Positions 26,741 through 38,268 are shown, numbered from the stretch's first letter. The stretch: 64,000 nucleotides of DNA from an uncultured Thermoleophilaceae bacterium (GCA_963751105.1 CAVVTG010000001.1:582344-646343); one strand, 5' to 3'. A program made the numbers and translations. Notes: generated from the letters alone by a model not told the origin.

Positions 26741-27901
26741 GTGACGCACGACCACGAAGATCTATCCCGGCGGCTGGCCGCGCTCGTGATCGAGACCCCC
26801 TCCTGGGGCTACGGCGACTCGGGCACGCGCTTCGCCACCTTCCAGCAGCCGGGACGACCCCGCGACGTATACGAGCGGCTCGACGACGCCGCCGAGGTGC
26901 AGCGGCTCACTGGCACCGCGCCGGCGGTGGCGATGCACTTCCCCTGGGACGTGGTCGACGACTACGGCGCACTGCGCCGCCACGTGGAGAGCCTCGGCCT
27001 GCAGGTGGGCGCGGTCAATCCCAACCTGTTTCAGGACCCCGAGTACAAGCTCGGCTCGATCACCCATCCGGATGACGGCGTGCGGGCGAAGGCGCTCGAG
27101 CACCTCACCGAGTGCGTCGAGATCGCGAGCGCGCTCGGGTCCAGCGCGCAGTCGCTGTGGTTCGCCGACGGGACGAACTACCCGGGCCAGGACGACCTGC
27201 GTGCCCGTCGCGAGCGCATGATCGCCAGCCTGAGCGAGCTCTACGGCGCGCTGCCGGCCGAGCAGGAGCTTCTGCTCGAGTACAAGCTGTTCGAGCCCGC
27301 CTTCTACGCGGCCGATCTGGCGGACTGGGGCTCGTCGCTGCTCGTGTGCCAGAAGCTCGGCGACCGCGCGCGCGTGCTGGTCGACCTTGGGCACCACGCG
27401 CAGGGCGTGAACGTGGAGCAGATCGTGGCCATCCTCGCCGCGGAGGGCCGTCTCGGTGGCTTTCACTTCAACAACCGCAAGTACGCCGACGACGACCTGA
27501 TCGTCGGCTCGGTCAATCCGTTCGAGCTGTTTCTCATCTTCTGCGAGCTCGGCGCAGGCGGTGAGCTGCCGAGGCTCACGATCGACCAGGCTCACAACGT
27601 CGAGCCGAAGGTCGAGGCGATGGTGCTCAGCGTGGTCAACATTCAGGAGGCCTACGCGAAGGCGTTGCTGGTCGACCGCGCCGCGCTCGCCGAGGCTCAG
27701 GCCGAAGGCGACGTGCTGCGCGGCCACGAGCTGCTGCTGGAGGCCTTCGGGACCGACGTGCGTCCGCTCTGCGCGAAGGTCCGGGCCGGCCTGGGCGCCG
27801 CCGAGAACCCGATCGCCGAGCTGCGCGCGTCGGGCTTCGCCGAGCGGCGGGCGGCCGAGCGGGGCAGTGACGCCGGCGTGGCCGGGGGGTGGGGCCGGTG
27901 A
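26741..27901 (+). CDS. rhaI: L-rhamnose isomerase (actinobacterial/Gram-positive RhaI type, xylose-isomerase-like TIM barrel)
   Basis: An AAGGAG RBS precedes the GTG at 26741. It carries ETPSWGYGDSGTRFA, LLLEYKLFEP and GHHAQGVNVEQIVA. Confidence 0.88.
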   Translation: MTHDHEDLSRRLAALVIETPSWGYGDSGTRFATFQQPGRPRDVYERLDDAAEVQRLTGTAPAVAMHFPWDVVDDYGALRRHVESLGLQVGAVNPNLFQDPEYKLGSITHPDDGVRAKALEHLTECVEIASALGSSAQSLWFADGTNYPGQDDLRARRERMIASLSELYGALPAEQELLLEYKLFEPAFYAADLADWGSSLLVCQKLGDRARVLVDLGHHAQGVNVEQIVAILAAEGRLGGFHFNNRKYADDDLIVGSVNPFELFLIFCELGAGGELPRLTIDQAHNVEPKVEAMVLSVVNIQEAYAKALLVDRAALAEAQAEGDVLRGHELLLEAFGTDVRPLCAKVRAGLGAAENPIAELRASGFAERRAAERGSDAGVAGGWGR

Positions 27902-29982
27902 GCACGCTGGAGCGAATGGTCGACCGGGCCGAGGACCGCTGGCCGGCCGAGGGCAGCGAGCTGCCGCCCGATGCGCTCGGCCAGGTCCTGCACGCCTCCC
28001 ACCTGCTGGGCTCTGACCGCGCGGTGGCCAACTTCGGCGGCGGCAACACCTCGGCCAAGGGCGCCACCACCGACCACGCCGGCCGCGAGGTGGACGCGAT
28101 CTGGGTCAAGGGCTCGGGAAGCGACCTCGCCACGATGGGCCGCGGCGACTTCACGCCCCTGCGTCTCGCCGAGGTGGTCCCGCTGTTCGAGCGAGACGAG
28201 ATGAGCGACGAGGACATGGTGGCTCACCTTGCCCGTAGCCAGCTCGACCCGGCTGCGCCGCGCTCGTCGATCGAAACCCTTCTGCACGCGTTCGTCCCGG
28301 CGGCGCACGTCCACCACACCCATCCCGACGCCATCAACGTCCTGGCCGGCACTCGCGACGGCGAGCGGTTGGTGGCCGAGTGCTTCGGCGACGAGGCGGC
28401 CTGGGTTCCCTACATCCGTCCGGGCTTCACGCTGGCCAAGCAGGTCGGCGCCGCGGTCCGGGAGAACCCTCGCCTGAGGCTGGTGGTGCTCGCCAAGCAC
28501 GGGCTGGTGGTGTGGGGCGACAGCGCCGAGGAGGCCTACCGGCGCACGATCGAGGTGATCAACCGGGCGGCGGAGTTCGTCAACGCGAGGACCGAGGGCC
28601 GCCCCCGCTTCGGCGGCCCTCGCTCGGCGGCCCTCGACGACGACGTGCGCCGGCGTCTGCTGCGCGCGCTGCTCCCGGCGCTGCGGGGCGCGGTCTCCAG
28701 TGAGCGTTCCAAGGTGCTGGTGGTGGACACCTCGCCGCGGGTGGACGAGTTCGTGCGCTCACGCGAGGCGGCCGATCTCGTGACCGTCGGCGCGGCGTGT
28801 CCCGATCATCTGGTGCACACCAAGCGGCTGCCGCTCTGGGTGCCGTTCGATCCGGACGAGGACGATGCCGTTGCGTTGCAGGAGCGCATCCGCGAACGGG
28901 CCGAGGTCTTCCGGCACGATTACACCGAGTACGTGAACCGCCATCGCGACGAGGACACGCAGCCGGTCGACCCGGATGCGCGCGTGGTGCTGATCCAGAA
29001 CGTCGGGCTGGTGGGCGTGGGCACCTCGCCCAAGGAGGCCCGCCTCTCACGCGATCTCTACCACCGCGCCATCGAGGTGATGGCGGGCGCGCACGCGCTC
29101 GGCGGGTTCACCTCGCTCACCGAGGACGAGAGCTTCGCGGTCGAGTACTGGCCGCTCGAGCTCTACAAGCTGTCCCTACGCCCACCGCCCGGCGAGCTGC
29201 AGGGCAAGGTGGCGCTGGTCACGGGGGCAGCGGGCGGAATCGGCGGTGCGGTCGTGAACGAGCTCGCCGCCGCCGGCGCCTGCGTGGTGGCCTTCGACCT
29301 CGACGGCGACGGGGCGGCGGACGCCGTCGAGGGTCTCGGCCAGGCCGGGGCGGCGGCCGGTGGAGACGTGACCGAGGAGGAGGCGGTGCGGGCGGCGTTC
29401 ACGCGCGCCGTCGAAGCCTTCGGCGGGGTGGACGTGGTGGTCTCGAACGCCGGGGTGGCATCGAGCGCACCGATCGAGGAGACCACCCTGGACGAGTGGG
29501 AGCGCAACCACGCGGTCCTCGGACGCGGTTACTTCCTGGTCGCCCGCGAGGCTTTCGCCGTCCTGCGTGCCCAGGGGCGCGGCGGGACGGTGGTGGTCGT
29601 GGCCTCCAAGAACGCCCTCGTGGCGGGCAAGAACGCGGCCGCCTATTCGAGCGCCAAGGCGGCCGAGCTGCATCTCGCCCGTTGCCTGGCCGAGGAGGGC
29701 GGCCCGGACGGGATCCGCGTGAACACGGTCAACCCCGACGCCGTCCTTCAGGGCTCGCGCATCTGGGACTCGGACTGGCGCGAGGAGCGGGCCGCCGCTT
29801 ACGGGATCGAACCCGACGAGCTCGAGGAGCACTACCGCCGGCGCACCACGCTTGGGGTCGACGTGCTGCCTGAGGACGTCGCCCAGGCGGTACTGCACTT
29901 CTCCTCGGAGGCGCGCTCGGGCAAGAGCACGGGCAACATCCTCAACGTCGACGGGGGCGTGGCGGCCGCGTACCCCCGCTAG
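27898..29982 (+). CDS. Bifunctional rhamnulose-1-phosphate aldolase / short-chain dehydrogenase (class II aldolase-adducin N-domain + SDR)
   Basis: The N-terminal domain shows ANFGGGNTSAKG and HTHPD. The C-terminal SDR shows VTGAAGGIGGAV and YSSAKAA. The GTG at 27898 overlaps the rhaI stop; a GTG at 27889 is also possible. Confidence 0.88.
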   Translation: MSTLERMVDRAEDRWPAEGSELPPDALGQVLHASHLLGSDRAVANFGGGNTSAKGATTDHAGREVDAIWVKGSGSDLATMGRGDFTPLRLAEVVPLFERDEMSDEDMVAHLARSQLDPAAPRSSIETLLHAFVPAAHVHHTHPDAINVLAGTRDGERLVAECFGDEAAWVPYIRPGFTLAKQVGAAVRENPRLRLVVLAKHGLVVWGDSAEEAYRRTIEVINRAAEFVNARTEGRPRFGGPRSAALDDDVRRRLLRALLPALRGAVSSERSKVLVVDTSPRVDEFVRSREAADLVTVGAACPDHLVHTKRLPLWVPFDPDEDDAVALQERIRERAEVFRHDYTEYVNRHRDEDTQPVDPDARVVLIQNVGLVGVGTSPKEARLSRDLYHRAIEVMAGAHALGGFTSLTEDESFAVEYWPLELYKLSLRPPPGELQGKVALVTGAAGGIGGAVVNELAAAGACVVAFDLDGDGAADAVEGLGQAGAAAGGDVTEEEAVRAAFTRAVEAFGGVDVVVSNAGVASSAPIEETTLDEWERNHAVLGRGYFLVAREAFAVLRAQGRGGTVVVVASKNALVAGKNAAAYSSAKAAELHLARCLAEEGGPDGIRVNTVNPDAVLQGSRIWDSDWREERAAAYGIEPDELEEHYRRRTTLGVDVLPEDVAQAVLHFSSEARSGKSTGNILNVDGGVAAAYPR

Positions 29983-29985
29983 TAA

Positions 29986-30384
29986 CTAGGAGCGCTCAGG
30001 GTCCCGGGCGAGCGAGCCCTCGTTCGGCTCCCACAGCTGGATGCGGTTGCCCTCGGGATCCTCGAGCTCGGCGAAGCACCCGTTGGGATAGCTCTCCGAG
30101 TGAGGCTCCACTGCCACCCCGGCGGCGCGCAGGGCGTCCACCACGCCGTCGAGATCGTCGACTCGGAAGTTGATCTTCCAGGTCCTGTCCGGCCCCCCGA
30201 ACGAGTCGGAGTCCGGCGAGAAGGCGGCGAATACCGTCTCCCCGCGGTCCTGAAACCAGCCCGGATCCGCGTACTCGCGCGACTCGAGCATGATCACGCC
30301 GAAGCGGTCGGCGTACCAGCGGTTGAGCGCGTCGGGGTCGCGGGCGCGGAAGAAGAAGCCGCCGATCCCCGTGACCCGAGCCAT
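29986..30384 (-). CDS. VOC/glyoxalase family protein
   Basis: It shows the glyoxalase/bleomycin-resistance fold pattern (GIGGFFFRARDPDALNRWY...GNRIQLWEP). Confidence 0.75.
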   Translation of the reverse strand: MARVTGIGGFFFRARDPDALNRWYADRFGVIMLESREYADPGWFQDRGETVFAAFSPDSDSFGGPDRTWKINFRVDDLDGVVDALRAAGVAVEPHSESYPNGCFAELEDPEGNRIQLWEPNEGSLARDPERS

Positions 30385-30401
30385 CACGCCACCCTAACGA
30401 C

Positions 30402-30427
30402 GAGGGCCCCGCCGAAGCGGGGCCCTC
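30402..30427 (-). terminator. 11-bp perfect GC hairpin with a UUCG tetraloop (minus-strand sense)
   Basis: The + strand reads GAGGGCCCCGC-cgaa-GCGGGGCCCTC. It lies between groEL and the VOC gene. Confidence 0.45.
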
Positions 30428-30439
30428 GAAAGACTGCGG

Positions 30440-30460
30440 CCGGAGCTTCGGAGGCTCCGG
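30440..30460 (-). terminator. Hairpin CCGGAGC-N7-GCTCCGG immediately downstream of groEL
   Basis: It has a 7-bp stem 8 nt after the groEL stop. Confidence 0.45.
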
Positions 30461-30467
30461 AAGCGGT

Positions 30468-32099
<1,632 letters not shown>

Positions 32100-32113
32100 G
32101 TGTGTATCTCCTC

Positions 32114-32407
32114 TTAGCCCGCGACCTTGGCGAGCACGTCCGACTCACGCAGGACGAGCAGATCGTCGCCCTCTACCTGGACCTCGGTGCCGCCGTACTT
32201 CGAATAAAGGACCTCGTCGCCCTCGGCTACGTCGAGCGGAATTCGCTTCTCGCCGTCCTCGTCCCACTTCCCTTCACCAACGGCAAGGACCTTGCCGCGC
32301 TGCGGCTTCTCCTTGGCGGTGTCGGGAAGGACGATGCCGCTTGCGGTGGTCTCTTCCTCTTCGATCGCCTGCACGATGAGACGATCACCCAGAGGCTTGA
32401 GATTCAT
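32114..32407 (-). CDS. groES: Co-chaperonin GroES (Cpn10)
   Basis: The sequence is [42 protein letters not shown] lies 8 nt upstream of the ATG at 32407, while the track GTG at 32413 is too close to the SD. Confidence 0.96.
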   Translation of the reverse strand: MNLKPLGDRLIVQAIEEEETTASGIVLPDTAKEKPQRGKVLAVGEGKWDEDGEKRIPLDVAEGDEVLYSKYGGTEVQVEGDDLLVLRESDVLAKVAG

Positions 32408-32441
32408 GGGCACTACCTCCGATTGACGCTTGCAGATTCTG

Positions 32442-32468
32442 CTGGCACTCTCACAGCGAGAGTGCCGA
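32442..32468 (-). promoter_or_regulatory. CIRCE element (HrcA operator), proximal copy
   Basis: CTGGCACTC-N9-GAGTGCCGA compared with the consensus TTAGCACTC-N9-GAGTGCTAA. Confidence 0.85.
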
Positions 32469-32471
32469 GGG

Positions 32472-32498
32472 TTGGCACTCTAGCACTCAGAGTGCCAA
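32472..32498 (-). promoter_or_regulatory. CIRCE element (HrcA operator), distal copy
   Basis: TTGGCACTC-N9-GAGTGCCAA is a perfect 9-bp inverted repeat with a 9-nt spacer. Confidence 0.88.
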
Positions 32499-32518
32499 GC
32501 GACGATTGGCGCTGGGCC

Positions 32519-32917
32519 TCAGTTCTGCGCGGGCGCGTCCGGCCGCAGACGCTCGCGGATCTCGGAGGGGCGCTCCGAGATCTGGGAGAAATGGACCACG
32601 GTGACGGTGTCGCCCATCTCGACCTTGCGGCCGTAGATCTGCTCGAGGAAGTGGACCATCTCGTCGATGCGGCGAAACTCGGGGTTGTCGTGCTCGATGT
32701 CCCGGCGCGACAGGTCCTGGACCTGCTTGACCTCGACCGAGTCGATCACGGCCTCGAAGATCTTCTCGCGGGGAGAGTGCTGGAAGCCCACGGTGACCAG
32801 CACCACCTCGCCCTTGCGGTACTTGTGGCCCTTGTCGCCCAGCCGGATGGTGGCCGTCTTCCGGCCGCGCTTGAGCTGGTCGATGAAGACCGGCGAGTAG
32901 AAGTTGAGGACCAACAC
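32519..32917 (-). CDS. ASCH-domain-like small protein
   Basis: The GTG at 32917 gives VLVLNFYSPVFIDQLKRGRKTATIRLGDKGHKYRKGEVVLV, an ASCH/PUA-like beta-barrel signature. The upstream part of the track ORF overlaps pcm. Confidence 0.5.
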   Translation of the reverse strand: MLVLNFYSPVFIDQLKRGRKTATIRLGDKGHKYRKGEVVLVTVGFQHSPREKIFEAVIDSVEVKQVQDLSRRDIEHDNPEFRRIDEMVHFLEQIYGRKVEMGDTVTVVHFSQISERPSEIRERLRPDAPAQN

Positions 32918-32933
32918 GGGCCGCCAGCCTACT

Positions 32934-33572
32934 TCACTCGTCCTGCACCAGCGGCACGAAGCGAACGGAGGCCACGGCCTCCTCGGCTCCGTCCCGAAAG
33001 CGCATGAGGAGCTCGCGGCCGTCGCGGTCCACCGGGCACACCAGCGCGGCACCCGGGGCGAGCTGGTCGAACAGCGCCTGCGGCGGGGCCTGCCCGGCGG
33101 TGGCGGTGACGGAGATGCCGCCGAAGGGCGCATGTTCGGGGGCGCCGCGCGATCCGTCGCCGACCAGCACCTCGACGTTGTCGTAGCCGAGCTCGTCGAG
33201 CACAGCCCGGGACTGTTCGGCCAGCCGCTCGAACCGCTCGATCGTCACCACCTGCCGGCAGAGCTCGGCCAGGACCGCGGCCGCATAGCCCGAGCCGGTG
33301 CCCACCTCGAGAACGCGCTCGGAGCCGTCGAGCTCGAGCAGCTGAGCCATGCAGGCGACGATCCAGGGCTGGGACATGGTCTGTCCTTCGTCGATTCGCA
33401 CCGCGCCGTCGCGGTATGCGCGGCGACGCTGGTCACCGGGGAGAAACAGCTCGCGCGGCACCCGGCTCATCGCGGTGAGCACGCGCTCGTCGTCGATCCC
33501 GCGCCGGCGCAGCTGGCGCTGCACCATGCGGCGCCGCTCAGTGGATGTAGTTCCGGAGTCGTCCGGGGTCAT
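32934..33572 (-). CDS. pcm: Protein-L-isoaspartate O-methyltransferase
   Basis: It carries QTMSQPWIVACM and VLEVGTGSGYAAAVLAEL. The start may be the internal ATG at 33527, which would remove the 35-nt overlap with the crp-like gene. Confidence 0.9.
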   Translation of the reverse strand: MTPDDSGTTSTERRRMVQRQLRRRGIDDERVLTAMSRVPRELFLPGDQRRRAYRDGAVRIDEGQTMSQPWIVACMAQLLELDGSERVLEVGTGSGYAAAVLAELCRQVVTIERFERLAEQSRAVLDELGYDNVEVLVGDGSRGAPEHAPFGGISVTATAGQAPPQALFDQLAPGAALVCPVDRDGRELLMRFRDGAEEAVASVRFVPLVQDE

Positions 33573-34230
33573 GGACGGTCACCTTTCCCCGGCCCAGCGT
33601 GACCACTCCCTCTCGCTCGAGCGTGGCCAGGAAACGGCTCGCGCTCTCGCGGGAGGTGCCGGCGAGGTGGGCGATCTCCGCCTGCGTGGAGCGGATCAGC
33701 ACGTCCTCGTCCGGGGCGCCGTCCTCCTGACGGGCGACCGCCTGGGCCAGCAGGGCGCTCGCCACACGCCCCGCGACGGTCTGGAACGACTGCTGGAGCA
33801 GCCGCTCGTTGGTCCTCGACACCCGTTCCGCGAGCGCCGCCAGCAGCTTCAGTGAGAGATCGGGATTACGGCGGATCAGCCGCTGCATGTCCCCCGCGAG
33901 GAGAGCCACCGCCGCGGTGGGCTCGATCGCCTCGGCCGTGGCGGAGCGGGTCTCGCCGCGGAACATGGCCAGCTCGCCGAACAGGGCGCCGGTGCGGAGC
34001 TCCGCCAGCGCAACCGTGCGGCCGTCCTGGTGCTCGCGGGTGAGCACCACCGCCCCTGTGCGCAGCAGGTAGCAGGTGTCGCCCACATCGCCCTCGCGGA
34101 AGATCATTTCCCCGCGATCCCAGTGCCGCGGGACGGCCACCTGAGCCACCTCGTCGAGCTCCCGCTCGACGAGGTCTCCGAAGACCTCGGTGCGAGCGAG
34201 CAGGCGCGCGGTTTCGCTGCCGTTGCTCAT
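33538..34230 (-). CDS. Crp/Fnr family transcriptional regulator
   Basis: It has a cNMP-binding domain (IFREGDVGDTCYLLRTGAV...FGELAMF) and the HTH STQAEIAHLAGTSRESASRFL. The ATG at 34230 is preferred over 34254, which would overlap the divergent ilvA start. Confidence 0.88.
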   Translation of the reverse strand: MSNGSETARLLARTEVFGDLVERELDEVAQVAVPRHWDRGEMIFREGDVGDTCYLLRTGAVVLTREHQDGRTVALAELRTGALFGELAMFRGETRSATAEAIEPTAAVALLAGDMQRLIRRNPDLSLKLLAALAERVSRTNERLLQQSFQTVAGRVASALLAQAVARQEDGAPDEDVLIRSTQAEIAHLAGTSRESASRFLATLEREGVVTLGRGKVTVHDPGRLRNYIH

Positions 34231-34246
34231 GGGCGGATAATGCCGG

Positions 34247-35491
34247 ATGAACATGTCCTCCGTTGCCCCACAGGCCGTGAGCCACGCCGATGTCGAGGAT
34301 GCGGCGAGGATGATCGCCGGTCACGTGCGCGAGACGCCGCTGGTGTCCGCGGGCGAGCTCGGGCGCCGGGTGGGCCGCCGAGTGCTGCTCAAGGCGGAGA
34401 ACCTCCAGCTCACGGGGTCGTTCAAGGCTCGCGGGGCCACCAACACCATCCGGCGGCTCTCCCCGCAGGACCTCGAGTGCGGTGTGGTGGCAGCCAGCGC
34501 CGGCAACCACGCGCAGGCCGTGGCCTTCGCCGCTCGCGATGCCGGTGCGCGCGCGGTGCTGGTGATGCCCGAGCAGGCGCCGCTGGCCAAGGTCGCGGCG
34601 GTGCGCCAGTACGGGGGCGACGTGCGCTTCGTGGAGGGCGGCTACGACGAGGCCCAGACGGAGGCTCGCCGCCTGGCCGAGGACGAGGGCATGACGGTCG
34701 TGCACGCCTTCGACCAGCCGCTGGTGGTGGCCGGTCAGGGAACGATCGGACTCGAGATCGCCCGCCAGGGGCCGGAGATCGGCTCGATCGTGGTGCCTCT
34801 GGGCGGCGGCGGCCTGGCCAGCGGCATCGCCCTGGCCGTGGCCACCGCGCTTCCGGGCGTCCGGGTCATCGGCGTGCAGGCCGAGGCGTGCGCCCCCTAC
34901 ATCGATTCGCTCGCGGCGCACAGGCCGGTGGGAGCGCGGTCGGCCAACACGATCTGCGACGGCATCGCCGTCAAGCGTCCCGGCGACTTCACGCTGCCCC
35001 TGGTGGAGCGCTACGTGGACGAGGTGGTGACCGTGTCCGACGACGAGGTGGCCGAGGCGATGGTGCTTCTGCTCGAGCGCTCGAAGCTCGTGGTGGAGGG
35101 TGCCGGCGCGGTGGCGGTCGCGGCGCTCATGCAAGGCCGGGTGCGCCCCAGCGGAGACGGCGACGTGTGCGCGGTGCTGTCGGGCGGCAACGTCGACGCC
35201 TCACTCCTGTCGGAGTGCATCCGCCTCGGCGAGACCGCGGCCGGCCGCCGCATGGTGCTCTCCTTCGTAGTGCCCGACCGCCCGGGTGCGCTGGCCGGTC
35301 TCCTGCGGCTCGTGGCCGACTGCGGCGCCAACGTCGTAGACGTCGAGCACCTGCGCGACGGCATCGACCTGCACGTCCGTGAGACGGCCATCAAGCTCGT
35401 GCTCCAGACCAGCGGGGCCGAGAGCAACCGCGAGCTGCTCGAGGCGGCCCGGGCTGAGGGGTTCTCGGTGCGGGTGGAGACAGAGGCCTAG
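34247..35491 (+). CDS. ilvA: Threonine ammonia-lyase (threonine dehydratase) with C-terminal ACT-like domain
   Basis: It has the PLP lysine motif GSFKARGA and the GGGGL loop, plus a C-terminal regulatory domain. Start is the ATG at 34247 or 34253. Confidence 0.88.
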   Translation: MNMSSVAPQAVSHADVEDAARMIAGHVRETPLVSAGELGRRVGRRVLLKAENLQLTGSFKARGATNTIRRLSPQDLECGVVAASAGNHAQAVAFAARDAGARAVLVMPEQAPLAKVAAVRQYGGDVRFVEGGYDEAQTEARRLAEDEGMTVVHAFDQPLVVAGQGTIGLEIARQGPEIGSIVVPLGGGGLASGIALAVATALPGVRVIGVQAEACAPYIDSLAAHRPVGARSANTICDGIAVKRPGDFTLPLVERYVDEVVTVSDDEVAEAMVLLLERSKLVVEGAGAVAVAALMQGRVRPSGDGDVCAVLSGGNVDASLLSECIRLGETAAGRRMVLSFVVPDRPGALAGLLRLVADCGANVVDVEHLRDGIDLHVRETAIKLVLQTSGAESNRELLEAARAEGFSVRVETEA

Positions 35492-35503
35492 CGGCTCAGC
35501 CGC

Positions 35504-36469
35504 TCACTGCTCGACGCTCGCCATCCCGGACTCCGGATAGCGGTCGCCGGCCGTCGCGCCGGGCGGGAAGGCCTCCTCCAGACGCTCGAGCTGCTCCGTG
35601 CTCAGTTCGATCCCTACCGCCGCGGCGTTCTCCTCGAGGTAGCGCACTCGCTTGGTGCCGGGGATCGGGGCCACGTCGTCGCCCTGGTGCAGCAGCCAGG
35701 CCAGCGCGATCTGGGCGGGCGTCGCCCCGGCGTCTTCGGCCACCGTGCGCACCGTCTCGAGGCGCTCGAGGTTGCGCTCACGGTTCTCGGCCTGGAAGCG
35801 GGGCAGGTTCGCGCGGAAGTCCTCGTCGTCGCTGATCTCGAGCTGCCCGGTGAGCTCGCCACGGCCCAGCGGGCTGTAGGGCACGAGCCCCACGCCGAGC
35901 TCGCGTGCCGTGGGCACGATCTCGGCCTCGATCTCGCGGGTGAACAGGGACCACTCGCTCTGCAGCGCGGCGATGGGATGGACCGCGGCGGCGGCTCGGA
36001 GAGTGGCCGGGCTGACCTCGGACAGGCCGAGCCGGCGGACCTTGCCCTCCTCCACGAGCTCGGCCATGGCGCCCACGCTCTCCTCGATCGGCACGTCCGG
36101 GCTGCGGCGGTGCATGTAGTAGAGGTCGATGTGGTCGGTGCCGAGCCGTCGCAGCGAGGCCTCGCAGGCCTCGTGGATCCATTCGGGCGAGTTGTCGATG
36201 GCGCGGCGATCATCGTCGCGGCGTATGGCGAACTTGGTGGCCAGCTGCACCTCGTCCCGGCGGCCCTCGATCGCCCGCCCCACCAACTCCTCGTTGTGGC
36301 CGCGGCCGTACATGTCCGAGGTGTCGAGGAAGGTGACGCCGAGGTCCAGCGAACGCCGGATCGTCTCGAGCGACTGGTCCTCGTCGGTCGCGCCGTAGAA
36401 CTCGGACATGCCCATGCAGCCGAGCCCGATCTCGGACACGCTCAGGTCACCCAGCTTGCGTTGCTTCAT
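35504..36469 (-). CDS. Aldo/keto reductase
   Basis: [22 protein letters not shown]..., DTSDMYG and IDLYYMHR are AKR signatures. The ATG at 36469 was verified in frame. The upstream 270 codons of the track ORF are read-through across psuG antisense. Confidence 0.9.
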   Translation of the reverse strand: MKQRKLGDLSVSEIGLGCMGMSEFYGATDEDQSLETIRRSLDLGVTFLDTSDMYGRGHNEELVGRAIEGRRDEVQLATKFAIRRDDDRRAIDNSPEWIHEACEASLRRLGTDHIDLYYMHRRSPDVPIEESVGAMAELVEEGKVRRLGLSEVSPATLRAAAAVHPIAALQSEWSLFTREIEAEIVPTARELGVGLVPYSPLGRGELTGQLEISDDEDFRANLPRFQAENRERNLERLETVRTVAEDAGATPAQIALAWLLHQGDDVAPIPGTKRVRYLEENAAAVGIELSTEQLERLEEAFPPGATAGDRYPESGMASVEQ

Positions 36470-36487
36470 GGGACCTACGCTACCCGC

Positions 36488-37390
36488 ATGCGAATCGCTC
36501 CCGAGGTGGCCGAGGCGCTCGCGCAGGGGCGCCCGGTGGTGGCGCTCGAGAGCACGCTGATCAGCCACGGGCTGCCCCGGCCGCGCAACCTCGAGGTGGC
36601 GGGCCAGGCCGAGGCCGCCGTGCGGGCCGGCGGGGCGATGCCCGCCACCGTGGCGATCGTGGCGGGCGAGGTGAGGGTGGGCCTCGACGAGCAGGCCCTT
36701 GCCGTGGTGGCCGGGGAGGACGGCGTGGTCAAGTGCGGACTGCGTGACCTCGCCCCGCTGGCGGCGCGCGGCGGCCACGGCGCCACCACGGTCGCCGCCA
36801 CCGCGCATCTGGCCGCGCTGGCCGGCATCGCGCTGTTCGCCACCGGCGGACTGGGCGGCGTGCACCGCGGCGCCCATGAGACCCGGGACGAGTCGGCGGA
36901 CCTCGAGGTGCTGGCCCGCACGGGAACGGTGGTGGTGTGCTCCGGCGTCAAGTCGATCCTGGACGTGGGGGCGACTCTCGAACGGCTCGAGTCCCTGAGC
37001 GTGACCGTGCTCGGCTACGGCACCGACCGCTTTCCCGGCTTCTACCTCTCCGACTCGGGCCACGCCCTGGCCTGGCGCGTGGACTCTCCCGAGCAGGCGG
37101 CCGCCGTGGTGGCGGCTCGAGCCGAGCTCGGCACCGCCGGCCGGGCGGTGGTGGTGGCCAACCCGCTGCCGCCGAACGAGCAGCTCGATCCCGGCCTCCA
37201 CGACCGGGTTCTCTCCTCCGGGCTGGCCGCTCTCGAGCGCGGATCGGTGACGGGCAAGGACGTGACCCCGTACCTGCTCGATCACTTCCACCGCGAGACC
37301 GCCGGCGCCAGCCTCGAGGCAAACGTGCGGCTCGTGCTGCGCAACGCCGAGCTCGCGGGCCGGATCGCGAGCGCGCTGGCCGGAGCATGA
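36488..37390 (+). CDS. psuG: Pseudouridine-5'-phosphate glycosidase
   Basis: It belongs to the IndA/PsuG family, with [24 protein letters not shown] and [11 protein letters not shown]. Confidence 0.9.
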   Translation: MRIAPEVAEALAQGRPVVALESTLISHGLPRPRNLEVAGQAEAAVRAGGAMPATVAIVAGEVRVGLDEQALAVVAGEDGVVKCGLRDLAPLAARGGHGATTVAATAHLAALAGIALFATGGLGGVHRGAHETRDESADLEVLARTGTVVVCSGVKSILDVGATLERLESLSVTVLGYGTDRFPGFYLSDSGHALAWRVDSPEQAAAVVAARAELGTAGRAVVVANPLPPNEQLDPGLHDRVLSSGLAALERGSVTGKDVTPYLLDHFHRETAGASLEANVRLVLRNAELAGRIASALAGA

Positions 37391-38268
37391 CGACAGCGGT
37401 GGTGCTGGGCGACGTCATGACCGACGTCGTGACGCGCCTCTCCGGACCGATTGCCCCGGGCAGCGACTCGCCCGCACAGGTGTCGATGAGCGGCGGCGGA
37501 CAGGCGGCCAACACCGCGGCGTGGCTCGCGGTGACCGGCACGCCCACCGCGATGGTGGGCCGGGTCGGCGACGACGCCCACGGTGCCGCTGCCGAGGCGG
37601 AGCTCGAGCGCGGCGGGGTGCGAACCCACCTCGCCCGCGATCCCCAGCGGCCCACCGGCACCTGCGTCGTGCTGGTGGCGCCCGACGGCGAGCGCACCAT
37701 GTTCCCCGACGCCGGCGCCAACGACGGCCTGCTGCCCGGAGCACTGCCCGACACGCTCCTCGCGGCCGGGAATCACCTGCACGTGGCCGGTTATGCCCTG
37801 CTGCGGCGCGGTTCCCGGGAGGGCGCCCGGGCCGAGCTCGAGCGTGCGCTCGAGAGCGGTCTCAGCGTCTCCGTGGATCCGTCGTCGGCGGCTCTGCTGT
37901 CGCCGGCCTTCCTCTATCTCGCCGAGGGGGCGGGGCTGCTGTTGCCGAACGCCGAGGAGGCCGCCGTCCTCACCGGCGTGAGCGACCCCGAGACCGCGGC
38001 CGGCCGGCTGGCCGAGCGCGTGCCCGAGGTGGTGGTCACGCTCGGCGAGCGCGGTGCGTTGTGGACCGACGGCCGCGAGCTGGTGCGGGTTGGAGCCGAG
38101 CCGGTGGCCGACGCGGTGGATTCCACCGGGGCCGGCGACGCCTTCGCCGCGGGCCTGATCGCCGCGCGGCTGTCCGGCGCTGAGCCCGAGGAGGCGCTCA
38201 GGACCGGCTGCCGCCTCGCCGCCGAGGCCGTGGCCTCGCCGGGCGCCCGCCCGCGCTTGTTCGAATGA
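37387..38268 (+). CDS. PfkB-family carbohydrate kinase (probable pseudouridine kinase)
   Basis: There is an ATGA overlap with the psuG stop. It carries [10 protein letters not shown] and [12 protein letters not shown] (PfkB signature 2). Confidence 0.82.
   Translation: MTTAVVLGDVMTDVVTRLSGPIAPGSDSPAQVSMSGGGQAANTAAWLAVTGTPTAMVGRVGDDAHGAAAEAELERGGVRTHLARDPQRPTGTCVVLVAPDGERTMFPDAGANDGLLPGALPDTLLAAGNHLHVAGYALLRRGSREGARAELERALESGLSVSVDPSSAALLSPAFLYLAEGAGLLLPNAEEAAVLTGVSDPETAAGRLAERVPEVVVTLGERGALWTDGRELVRVGAEPVADAVDSTGAGDAFAAGLIAARLSGAEPEEALRTGCRLAAEAVASPGARPRLFE

Noticed and set aside
35504-37291. The 595-aa track ORF extending the aldo/keto reductase upstream across psuG.
   Set aside because: The AKR family N-terminus (MKQRKLGDL...GLGCMGMS) begins at the internal ATG at 36469. 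The upstream 270 codons are antisense to the well-supported psuG gene.
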